A stretch of 64,000 bases of DNA from Candidatus Bathyarchaeota archaeon. Its GTDB lineage: Archaea; Thermoproteota; Bathyarchaeia; Bathyarchaeales; Bathyarchaeaceae. Made by a program: the position numbers and the translations under genes. Positions 51,066 through 60,200 of the stretch are shown here, in pieces; position 1 is the first letter of the stretch, and every line of letters begins with the position of its first letter. Under the pieces are notes generated by a model. The model was given only the letters and a program-made list of their open reading frames with translations, searched no databases and was not told where the DNA came from. The stretch is from the NCBI GenBank assembly GCA_963697165.1, contig CAVOMX010000022.1, positions 21,485-85,484 on the forward strand, in the 5' to 3' direction.

Positions 51066-52927
51066 CTAAAGCTTCTTCTCCACAATCGGAATTAGATCCT
51101 TCAAGACCCAACTTTCTTTAGCGTCTCTGGGGTAGGAATTCCATTCTTTGTCCAACCACGAACACTATAGTAGTCATCCAAGCCGATGTCAAACTCTTTC
51201 TGCTTCACATAAGCGCCCTTCGCCATACACTCCTCAGGCACTGGGAAATTCATGATCTTCCACGGCAACGTATCATACTCTCTGGTTCCTCCGCCTTCAC
51301 GAATGTTGATGACCCTAGCAAGATTGTTAATTCTCTCACCAGCCATTATCAACTCATCAGCAGTCATCGGTCAATTCCAGTCGCCAACTCGTAATATTTT
51401 GCCATGTCCTTAAGACCATCATACATGACACCTCTCGAGAACTTGCACAAAATCAACGAGTCAACAACATTATACAGGTCTTCTCCATCCATGATCAGCT
51501 TTCCACGTCCAGCCTCAATCTTGAAACGATCAACCGACCCTTTAACGTCAGGCGAGTAAGCTCCAGACCTGAGGTGACAAGCTCCACGGAACGAAACAGA
51601 AAAGCCCAAAGCAGCAGTCTGCAATGTCCGAAGATCGTAACCAGGCAACTCCATTCCCTTGATGTGATTAGCATACTTGTATGCGTCTCTGCCAATTATT
51701 TCGGCTGCTCTCTTGGTTCCTTCAGCAAACGTATCTCCTAGCCAGCCAGTGCGAGTGCCAATTCTCTTAATCGCTTCAACTATGGCTTCGTGATTGCCGA
51801 AATTAAGTTTCAGACCGTCAGTGTCCTTGTCGGTTATGATGCCATGCTCGTAAAGGTCCATAGCCATAGCAACTATTACACCAATGGATATTCCGTCCAT
51901 GCCATAGTAGTCAGCTAAACGGATAGCCTCAATAATCGCATCTAAACGGTCAACGCCACAGAGGGGACCACAAGACCACAGGCACTCAAACTCAACACGG
52001 GACGTGCTGCCCTTGTATTCTCCTTCAGGAACCACAGCAATGTGGTCACAGCGCATACCACAAGTTGCACACCCAATAATCTTCTTGACATAATGCTCAC
52101 TCAGGTACTCACCACTGACTTTCTCTGCACCCTCAAAGGTTGCATTAGTAAAGTTTCGGGTAGCCAAAGCCGCCAAAGAATTCAAAACAAGAACATTCTC
52201 CGGAGTACCCAAAGTCCTATACTTTCGCGTAGCTGGACCCTTCATACGCTCATGAATCATCCGCACAAACTCAGTGAACTCTTCAGGCTTAGCAACATTA
52301 ACATCATTTGTTCCACGAACAGCAACAGCCTTCAAATTCTTAGAACCCATAACCGCACCCATACCACCTCTACCAATGGCACGGTATTCATCGTTGATAA
52401 TACAGCCAATTCGATTAAGCTTCTCTCCAGCTTCACCAATAGCCGACACACGAATATAGAAATCACCCTGTTCCTCCCTGATCACCTCATCAGTCTCTGC
52501 AGGCGACTTTCCAGTAAGATGCGTAGCATCAAGAAGCTGAACAGAATCATCATCAATCCACGCATAAACCAACTTCTCAGCCTTACCCGTAAATATAATC
52601 GCATCATATCCTGCACGCTTAATCTCAGAACCAAAGAAACCATGAGCCTTTGACTCACCAATTGTTCCAGTTAATGGAGATTTAGAAACCACAGCGTAAC
52701 TGTTTCCAGCTGAAGGCGCCATTGTTCCTGTTAGTGGACCTGTCATGAAAATCAAGGGGTTCTCGGGGCTGAATGGGCTCTACACCCGCCTTGGAATGGT
52801 CTAACCACAGTTTCATTCCAAGTCCGATGCCTCCGATGTAGTCTTTAGCTAGTTTTTCATTCAGGGGTTTGACTTCTGTTTTTCCAGTTGTCAAGTCTAC
52901 GTAAAGAATTCGTTTAGCGAAACTCAA
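51066..52927 (-). pseudogene. aor: Tungsten-dependent aldehyde:ferredoxin oxidoreductase, four indels
   Basis: YVDLTTG, KSPLTG, GRGGMGAVMGSKNLKA, CATCGMRC, RGACH, DSLILC, YY-VRGW-NG-PT; breaks at ~52775, ~51368, ~51115, ~51100. Confidence 0.92.
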
Positions 52928-53217
52928 TCTTAATCCTCCATCAATCCCTTTTGGAGAAGATAGGTGAATCGGATAGATAAATATTAATCTTTATCTTTTG
53001 GTTTCAACAGAAACATTATAACAATCATTTTTTGGGGAAATTTTATTTGTTTCATCGATATTGTCTACAATGCATATCGCATCATGAATGAAAAACAGAT
53101 TTTTCTGTTTCAAATGCGCCGACAATGAACAGGCACGCATAACTGATAAATATGATTCTATTTCAGATTATTATGATGATGACTAGCCCTGAATGGTCCA
53201 AATGCTGGTGAAGAAAA

Positions 53218-53505
53218 TTGAAGGTTAAAATTCAATACTTCGGTTACATTAAAAACATGCTAAATAAACGAGAGGAACACTTCGAACTGGATGAGGACGC
53301 TTCCCTTTCTGACCTGCTAAACAAACTGGCTGGAATTCATGGCGCAGCTTTCAGAAAAGAAGTTTACGAACCAGGACTTAAGGACGTTAAAATGGGCTTC
53401 TCCGTTACAGTCAATGGCGTGTTAATGGGTCAACTTGGTGGATTGGATGCCAAACTATCTGAGGGCGACAACATTATTTTGATGTCTCTCATGAGTGGAG
53501 GCTAA
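53218..53505 (+). CDS. MoaD/ThiS family sulfur carrier (SAMP-like)
   Basis: beta-grasp size, C-terminal SGG; divergent from aor. Confidence 0.9.
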   Translation: MKVKIQYFGYIKNMLNKREEHFELDEDASLSDLLNKLAGIHGAAFRKEVYEPGLKDVKMGFSVTVNGVLMGQLGGLDAKLSEGDNIILMSLMSGG

Positions 53506-53510
53506 AGTCT

Positions 53511-54701
53511 CTAGATTTCTAGTATGGTCTTCATCCTTGTCAGGTTCCTGTATCCAGACTTGGTTACTTCTATGATGTCCTCTAGTCTTACTCCGCCTAC
53601 CTCAGGGTCGTAGAGTCCAGGTTCAACAGTGACAACAACGTGCTCCCCTATTGGACCTGTTGAGAGTTCACTAATTCTTGGGCTTTCATGTATCTGCAAG
53701 CCAACTCCATGCCCAAGACCATGAGTCATCCCCCTCGTCACCTTTTTTCCGCCTCTTGTGGTTTCGTAGCCCACCTTCTCTAGTACATCACAGCAAACAT
53801 CGTAGACTTGGTTTCCCACCACTCCAGTTTGGATGGCATCAAGAGAAGCATCTTTTGCTTCTTGGACTGTGTCAAACATCTTTTTGAGTTTGCTTGAGGC
53901 TTTTCCTTTCACTACTGTTCGGGTCATGTCTGTCCAGTAGCGTTTCTGGATGCTCCGCGGATAAATGTCAAGTATGATTGGCTGGTCTGCCTTGAGTTTG
54001 TCTTCTGGTTCGCCCACATAATGGGGATCAGACGATTTTGTGCCACATGCAACTATGATGTCTTCTTCGGGCAGGCAGCCGTTTTCTAGGAGTTTGTGAC
54101 CAAAAAACGATTTTATCCTGCCAACTGTTAGCGGTTCCCCCTTGAAATGCAAGGTTTTATTTCTGCCAACATCCGAGTTTGCTATCAACTCTATTACTTC
54201 AGAGGTGACTTTTTCGTTGACCGCCTGAATCGCCCTTATTTCTTCTACTTCGTGTGTGTCTTTGGTTTCTCTGGCTTTCTCGACAACACCAAACATCGGC
54301 TCAAGGGTTAATTCTTCAATTCTTAGCACGTCAGCCACAAGCAACGGAAAGTCTGATGGCACACAAATCCTCGTTTCTCTGCCCAGTTCCTGTTTTGCTA
54401 TATTTGCGATGAACTTCAATGCGCCAAGTTGTGGTTCCTTGGAGGATTTTACTGCTTCAAAGTAGTTATAGTCAAGATATGACCTCACGTCTTTGACAAT
54501 GGATTGTTTTTGGGCTCGCGGATACTCCATCTGGCTAACTACAATGATGGGCTCCTCGTCAGTTCTTTTGAGGAATATGAATGGGTCTGGAGCCAGAAAC
54601 TCTGTGAGGTAATACATGTTGGCGTCTTTGTAGCTGTCCGAGTACAGAAGCAAAGCTTCCGCATCTTTCTCTGCTAGGATATTGTCAAGGTCTCCCTTCA
54701 T
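53511..54701 (-). CDS. Xaa-Pro aminopeptidase (M24 family)
   Basis: DIYP, DMTRT, HGLGHGVGLQIHE, TVEPGLY, GVRLED. Confidence 0.93.
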   Translation of the reverse strand: MKGDLDNILAEKDAEALLLYSDSYKDANMYYLTEFLAPDPFIFLKRTDEEPIIVVSQMEYPRAQKQSIVKDVRSYLDYNYFEAVKSSKEPQLGALKFIANIAKQELGRETRICVPSDFPLLVADVLRIEELTLEPMFGVVEKARETKDTHEVEEIRAIQAVNEKVTSEVIELIANSDVGRNKTLHFKGEPLTVGRIKSFFGHKLLENGCLPEEDIIVACGTKSSDPHYVGEPEDKLKADQPIILDIYPRSIQKRYWTDMTRTVVKGKASSKLKKMFDTVQEAKDASLDAIQTGVVGNQVYDVCCDVLEKVGYETTRGGKKVTRGMTHGLGHGVGLQIHESPRISELSTGPIGEHVVVTVEPGLYDPEVGGVRLEDIIEVTKSGYRNLTRMKTILEI

Positions 54702-54858
54702 GTTAAATTGCTCCTTACAGAACTTGCGTAGGGGCAGGGTAAATCTTTTTGCCACAAAGTTGGTGTGCCCAGACCAATCTTCATGAATCGCAGAGTAACA
54801 ACTCTAAAAACGTGTGCTTAATGTCATAAACCAAAACAACAGATTATCACTCAATTTT

Positions 54859-54936
54859 TGGTGGGCCCGGCCGGACTTGAACCGGCGACCACCAGATTAT
54901 GAGTCTGGCGCTCTAACCAAACTGAGCTACGGGCCC
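54859..54936 (-). tRNA. tRNA with CAT anticodon, probably tRNA-Ile2 (agmatidine); CCA encoded
   Basis: GGGCCCG/CGGGCCC acceptor typical of archaeal Ile tRNAs, CCAGA-CTCATAA-TCTGG anticodon arm, no intron; elongator Met not excluded. Confidence 0.9.
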
Positions 54937-55117
54937 CCGTAAATTGTTGCAATACCCGTTTATTAAGTTAAGATTTAAAGATTTTCCGTTTTAGCAATTT
55001 CGCCAACAAAGACAGATTATCCTCATCCTGTGGTCTTGACATTTTTCAGATTTTTACGAGGTATCCTGCTTTAACGTCTTTAAGGCATTTCCGTTCATAA
55101 ACTTTGAGTCGAATTTT

Positions 55118-55259
55118 TTATTCTTTCTTCTTCATCTGTTCTGTCATCATCTGAATCATATGAGGCATTTTTTCCATGCCTTCTTTCAACATATCCATCA
55201 GAGCAGCGTTTATTTCAACATCCAAAGTGACTTTTACATGTCCTTTCTTTTCTTCAACC
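55118..55259 (-). CDS. Small Met-rich hypothetical protein, start codon unclear
   Basis: VEEKKGHVKVTLDVEINAALMDMLKEGMEKMPHMIQMMTEQMKKKE* behind a perfect GGAGGTGA. Confidence 0.45.
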
Positions 55260-55563
55260 TGGGTAATTCACCTCCTTTCTCAATTTTCAGAAACATGTCC
55301 ACGTCAAAGAAGTAATGGTATTTTCCATTTCTCTTTGTTTTCACTTTATAGTCTTCAATCCAGCCCTTCTCCTTGTAGTCCTTCAACTTTTGACCTACAA
55401 AATAGCCAATGAACTGGGAAAATAAAAACTCGAATCTGAAGGCAATCTTCGAGAAAACGTAGACAAAACTGTCAAAAAATCCCAATACTCTCTCCCCGAT
55501 TTCATTAGAATCAGATTCTGCAATCCAGATATACGTTGTGGTGAATCCAGAAAAGACCAGCAT
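55234..55563 (-). CDS. Hypothetical protein
   Basis: 109-aa ORF; C-terminal half protein-like (KEKGWIEDYKVKTKR-GKYHY). Confidence 0.55.
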   Translation of the reverse strand: MLVFSGFTTTYIWIAESDSNEIGERVLGFFDSFVYVFSKIAFRFEFLFSQFIGYFVGQKLKDYKEKGWIEDYKVKTKRNGKYHYFFDVDMFLKIEKGGELPRLKKRKDM

Positions 55564-55629
55564 ATTTTCTGTTGAAAAAAGAGAAGGGCTTTTATTGAGG
55601 GCAAAACTCCTGTAATGTAGGCGTTAGGG

Positions 55630-56034
55630 ATGAACTACAGAGAATTACTTGAACGTGCTCAATCGCAGCTTCCTTCTGATGTAGGTGAGCACAAACGATT
55701 CGAGGTTCCAGAGCCTCGAAGTTTCATCAATGGCATGCGCAGTATCCTATCAAATTTTAAAGAAATATGTGACGCGCTTAACCGGGACCCTCGTCACGTG
55801 CTCAAGTTCTTTTCAGGAGAAATGGCTACGGCTGCAACCATGCAGAGAAACCGAGCTATCTTCCAAGGAAAATTCGGGTACGACACATTTGAGAGGCTCA
55901 TCCAGAGATACATCAAAGAGTTTGTCGTTTGTCCAGTTTGCACTCGCCCAGACACAAAAATCGTCAAAGATAAGCGCTTCCTGTTTCTTGTTTGCGAAGC
56001 CTGTGGCGCAAGGTCGTCCATATCAACTGTATAG
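55630..56034 (+). CDS. eif2b: Translation initiation factor 2 beta subunit
   Basis: RFEVP, NF-EI---LNRDP-H, CPVC--PDT, CEACGA. Confidence 0.96.
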   Translation: MNYRELLERAQSQLPSDVGEHKRFEVPEPRSFINGMRSILSNFKEICDALNRDPRHVLKFFSGEMATAATMQRNRAIFQGKFGYDTFERLIQRYIKEFVVCPVCTRPDTKIVKDKRFLFLVCEACGARSSISTV

Positions 56035-56045
56035 AGTTCTTAACT

Positions 56046-56342
56046 TTGGAAGTATACGCCAAGCTGAGCAAATGCGGAGAGCATGTGCTTCTTGCAGCTT
56101 GTGATGAGGAACTGTTAGGCGAGATTCTAAGGGATGGAAAAATAGTTTTCAATGTTGGTGAAGAATTCTATAAAGGCACAAAGATTCCTGTGGAAGACGC
56201 TGTTGAACTTATTAGAGAATCCACAGTCGTGAACATGGTTGGGCCTAACATCGTAAACAAGGCCATAGAACAGGGTCTGGTTCATCCTGATGCAGTTCTA
56301 AACATCTGCGGCGTCCCCCATGCCCAGATCGTCAAAATGTAG
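56046..56342 (+). CDS. DUF424 family protein
   Basis: LAACDEELLG, FYKG, NMVG, GVPHAQ; usual neighbour of aIF2beta. Confidence 0.9.
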   Translation: MEVYAKLSKCGEHVLLAACDEELLGEILRDGKIVFNVGEEFYKGTKIPVEDAVELIRESTVVNMVGPNIVNKAIEQGLVHPDAVLNICGVPHAQIVKM

Positions 56343-56357
56343 GAAAGCTACTAGAAG

Positions 56358-56711
56358 TTATATCCAGTACATGTCTTCATCGTTTGCGTTGATTTTGAAG
56401 ACCACAAACTGGAAATCCTCGTCCGTATCGTTGACTAAGCCGTGAACTTCTTTGGGTTCACAAAGTAACGTGTCTCCAGGTTGGGCTCTAACTTTTGTGT
56501 CTCCACAGAAAACAACAGCGTTTCCCTTCAAAATATGGTAGATTTCTATCATCTGTTTATGGTAGTGGGGTTTTATTTCTGTGTGTGCTTCGTTCTTGAC
56601 TATCTGGACAATGTTTCCCTTCGATTTCAGGTCTTCTTCGGTAAGCAAAATTTTTTTAGAGTAACCTTGCCTCTCCAGCCACCCTTTGTTATCTAGCTTA
56701 ACAAACTTCAT
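56358..56711 (-). CDS. Cupin domain protein
   Basis: PHYH--M-E-YHILKG and PGD----P-EVH motifs; true start MKFVKL. Confidence 0.85.
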   Translation of the reverse strand: MKFVKLDNKGWLERQGYSKKILLTEEDLKSKGNIVQIVKNEAHTEIKPHYHKQMIEIYHILKGNAVVFCGDTKVRAQPGDTLLCEPKEVHGLVNDTDEDFQFVVFKINANDEDMYWI

Positions 56712-56855
56712 TTCTTTTGTCACCTGTATTGAAGCAGTCCAGAAAATAGTTTGTAGCCGTCCTAATAGGGATTCTTCAAAGGCTTTCAGGTACTTTACTG
56801 TTGCAGAGAAACCTAAATAGGAAACGCCAATCACTGCCTTGTAGGAAGGTCTGTT

Positions 56856-57650
56856 GTGTCTTTTAGAGATAAAGTGGATAAGCGGCTTAGTCGGAAGCAA
56901 AAAGCTTACGAAATCGAGTCGTTGATGAAGAATAAGAGAAGCGAAGATTACCAGGTTATAGAAGAGGTTTTTGACCGTTCCACACTCATGACCATATACG
57001 GTTTCATGAACAAAGGAGCCATCGATGAGATTCATGGAGTTGTAAGCGCGGGAAAAGAGGCACGAGTCTACTGGGGAAAAGACACCCAAGGAAACGAGTT
57101 AGCCATCAAGATTTATCTCACCAGCTCGGCGGAATTCAAGAAGGGCATGATTCCCTACATAGAGGGCGATCCCAGATTCTCTCATGTCCGCAGAGACACA
57201 CGTTCCCTCATATACACTTGGGCTCAAAAAGAATTCAAGAATCTGCAGCGCGCCAAAGAAGCAGGGGTCAACGTTCCGGAGCCTTTGGCTATACAAAAGA
57301 ACGTTTTAATAATGAAGTTTATTGGCAAGAATGGTGAACGTGCACCACTCATGAAGGAAACCGTTCTCGAGGAGCCGCAACATGTTTTCAAGCTTCTGCT
57401 AACTTATTTAAAGCGGCTTTATCTTAAAGGAGGATTGGTGCACGCGGACCTGAGCGAATACAACATCATGATCTGGAAGAAGAAACCCGTGATTTTTGAT
57501 GTTGCACAATCTGTGTTAATCAAGCATCCGATGGCTGAAAAGTTCCTGCAAAGAGACCTAGAAAACATACACCGATTCTTTAAAAGGTTAGATTCAAACG
57601 TGTTAACTGTGGAACAGATGCATGAGAGGATTACAGGTGGAAGGAAGTAA
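56856..57650 (+). CDS. rio1: RIO1 serine/threonine kinase
   Basis: GKEARVY, AIKIY, YIEGDPRF, WAQKEF-NL, VHADLSEYN, FDVAQSV. Confidence 0.96.
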   Translation: MSFRDKVDKRLSRKQKAYEIESLMKNKRSEDYQVIEEVFDRSTLMTIYGFMNKGAIDEIHGVVSAGKEARVYWGKDTQGNELAIKIYLTSSAEFKKGMIPYIEGDPRFSHVRRDTRSLIYTWAQKEFKNLQRAKEAGVNVPEPLAIQKNVLIMKFIGKNGERAPLMKETVLEEPQHVFKLLLTYLKRLYLKGGLVHADLSEYNIMIWKKKPVIFDVAQSVLIKHPMAEKFLQRDLENIHRFFKRLDSNVLTVEQMHERITGGRK

Positions 57651-58215
57651 AGTTTACATCAGGATTCCGGGAGACCGCATCGGGGCCCTTGTTGGTCCAG
57701 ATGGCAGTGTAAAATCGGTCATTGAGAAGAAGCTGTCTGTTGATTTGCAGGTGGACAGCGAAACTGGGACTGTTCAGGTAACTCTTCCTTCAACAGTTGA
57801 GGATCCAACGGTTCTCTTCAGAGCCAAAGAGGTGGTTACTGCTATAGGCAGAGGCTTTGCGCCAGACCATGCTTTCAGGCTGCTTGATGATGACGAGATT
57901 GTGTTCCAGGTTATTGACCTTCGGGAAATCGTGGGCAGGTCTCCGTCTGACCTGAAAAGGCTGAAAGGCAGGGTGATCGGAAAGGAAGGCAAAACCCGGA
58001 AAATAATTGAGGAGTTGAGTGAAGCAAACATTTCAGTTTACGGTCACACAATTTCGATAATTGGATATCCTGAGCAATCCGCAATTGCCCGCGAAGCCGT
58101 GAGTATGCTAATCAGAGGAAGCCTCCACGGAACAGTTTACCGTTTCTTGCACAAAAAACGAAGAGAACTCAAAAAACAGAGGCTGCAGCTCTGGGAACCA
58201 ACATACCGGAGCTAG
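57637..58215 (+). CDS. KH-domain pre-rRNA processing protein (Dim2/PNO1)
   Basis: RIGALVG, AIGRGF, GRVIGKEGKT, H-TVY-FL. Confidence 0.93.
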   Translation: MEGSKVYIRIPGDRIGALVGPDGSVKSVIEKKLSVDLQVDSETGTVQVTLPSTVEDPTVLFRAKEVVTAIGRGFAPDHAFRLLDDDEIVFQVIDLREIVGRSPSDLKRLKGRVIGKEGKTRKIIEELSEANISVYGHTISIIGYPEQSAIAREAVSMLIRGSLHGTVYRFLHKKRRELKKQRLQLWEPTYRS

Positions 58216-58439
58216 CCCAAAAAACCGCTGTAACTGACACTGATTAGTTAACCTTTAAATTTTACAAAAACATTGAAATACATATCATAACGAATTATGA
58301 ATGACCCTGCCATGTTGCTACATATCATACAATGCCGTTCTGACGCGGTTACTAGTCCAGAACACCGCGGAGGCGATGAAAAAACGATAAAAATGCACCT
58401 CTCACAGCTTAGACTTTCAAGGGGCGGTGGGAACCAGCT

Positions 58440-60200
58440 TTGGTGACCTTCCAAGAGATAAGTCCCGCCGACTTCTTCTATCGTAACCGAGACATAGCAG
58501 GTTTTACTAATCCCTCTCGTGCAATCTTTGTATCTGTCAGGGAGATTGTGGAAAATTCTCTCGATTCTGCTGACCAAATAAATGTTCCTCCCGAAGTGTA
58601 TGTTCGGTTGTCTGAGGAAGACGGCGGTACAGCTACAACGGAAACTGGAAATGGAGTCTACCGGCTAATGGTTATGGACAACGGTTCTGGAATCGCAGCC
58701 CGTCACATTCCCGCAGCTTTTGGTCAGGTTTTGTTTGGCTCAAACTACAAACTCAAACAAGCCCGTGGAACTTTTGGTTTGGGCGGAAAAATGTCTATTC
58801 TTTATGGTCAGATTACCACTCACAAGCCTGTTATCATCAGATCCAGCACTGGCGGTTCCAAGATTTACGAGTTTAAGATGATGATAGATATCCAGCGGAA
58901 CCGTCCCGTTATCTTGGATCGTAAGACCCGAAGAAACAAGGAGCAGTGGCGTGGAACCATTGTTGAGTATTCTCTGGAAGGAGATTACTACAGGGCAATG
59001 TCCAAGATTCTGGAGTATCTGAAGCAGACTGCGCTGGTAACGCCCTATGCTGCTATCAAGTTCGTTGATCCTAAAGGCAGATTATACATGTTCAGTCGTG
59101 CCACAACGAAGATGCCGTCTCCACCAACAGAAACGTTGGCGCATCCCTACGGTGTGGATGTTGAGACACTACAGCGTCTTATTCGGGTTACTGATTCTCG
59201 GAATCTGTTGGATTTTATGCGGAAACATTTTCACCGTGTCGGTCAAGGTACTTCTCTTAATTTTCTGAATTTTGCCGGATTCATAAGAACAGCTAATCCG
59301 CAGAGGCTGAAACCCGAAGATGTTACTAAGCTTGTAGTGACAAATAACCGGTCTAAGAAATTTGTGAAATTTTTTGGCAAAATAAGTGAAGAAAAACTCC
59401 AAGTTGCCCTAAAGAAAACCAAGCATCAGACCATGCTTGATTTCATGAAAGTTTGCTTCCCGACTGTTGATGACATAATTATTTTGCGTTTGCTTGCATC
59501 TTCTGGTTTTGTTAGGACTAAAAACCCGAAGAAGTTGAAGCCCGTCGATATTGTGCGGCTTGTTCGGATGATGAAGAGATTCACTGATTTTCTTCCTCCG
59601 GATGCGAGTTGTCTGTCTCCTTTGGGTGAGGACTTGTTGAAGGCTGGGATTCTTAAGGAGCTGAAGCCCGAGTTTATTGCGGTTTCTCAGAGGAAGCCCT
59701 CCACGTATGCTGGTCACCCCTTCATTGTGGAGACTGCTATAGCGTATGGCGGAGATATTCCAAAGAAGGATGATATTGTTGTTTACAGGTTTGCTAACAA
59801 GATTCCGTTGCTGTATGATGAAGCCAGCGACGTTTCGGTGAGGGTAATCCGGTCTATAAACTGGAGAAGATACAAGGTTGCAGCTGGTATGCCCTTAGCT
59901 ATTATGGTTCATCTTTGCAGCACAAAGGTTCCCTACAAGACTGTTGGTAAGGAGTTTATTGCGGATCGGCCTGAAGTGAAGAGTGAAATTTTGAATGGCA
60001 TCCGCGAGGTTGCTCGTCGACTGCAGATGTTTTTGGCGAAGCGGGAGCATGTGGCTAAGGAGAAGAAACGTTTGACTGTTTTCGCCAAGTATCTGCCTAA
60101 GATAGCCCGATTTTCTACGGATTTGGCTGGAAAGACTGAAACGCCAAATATTGAGTTATTGTTGAAGAGTGTGAGGAAATATGACGAGCAAGAAGTCTGA
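58440..60200 (+). CDS. top6B: DNA topoisomerase VI subunit B
   Basis: EIVENSLD, DNGSGI, RGTFGLG, RFANKIPL, KVPYKT-GKE. Confidence 0.97.
   Translation: MVTFQEISPADFFYRNRDIAGFTNPSRAIFVSVREIVENSLDSADQINVPPEVYVRLSEEDGGTATTETGNGVYRLMVMDNGSGIAARHIPAAFGQVLFGSNYKLKQARGTFGLGGKMSILYGQITTHKPVIIRSSTGGSKIYEFKMMIDIQRNRPVILDRKTRRNKEQWRGTIVEYSLEGDYYRAMSKILEYLKQTALVTPYAAIKFVDPKGRLYMFSRATTKMPSPPTETLAHPYGVDVETLQRLIRVTDSRNLLDFMRKHFHRVGQGTSLNFLNFAGFIRTANPQRLKPEDVTKLVVTNNRSKKFVKFFGKISEEKLQVALKKTKHQTMLDFMKVCFPTVDDIIILRLLASSGFVRTKNPKKLKPVDIVRLVRMMKRFTDFLPPDASCLSPLGEDLLKAGILKELKPEFIAVSQRKPSTYAGHPFIVETAIAYGGDIPKKDDIVVYRFANKIPLLYDEASDVSVRVIRSINWRRYKVAAGMPLAIMVHLCSTKVPYKTVGKEFIADRPEVKSEILNGIREVARRLQMFLAKREHVAKEKKRLTVFAKYLPKIARFSTDLAGKTETPNIELLLKSVRKYDEQEV

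Noticed and set aside
56712..57089. N-terminal extension of the 243-aa cupin ORF
   Set aside because: Antisense to rio1; the cupin has its own RBS (AGGTGA) and ATG at 56711
58344..58390. preQ1-I or fluoride riboswitch, or C/D box sRNA
   Set aside because: Partial resemblance only; spacing is wrong and the downstream gene (top6B) is unrelated
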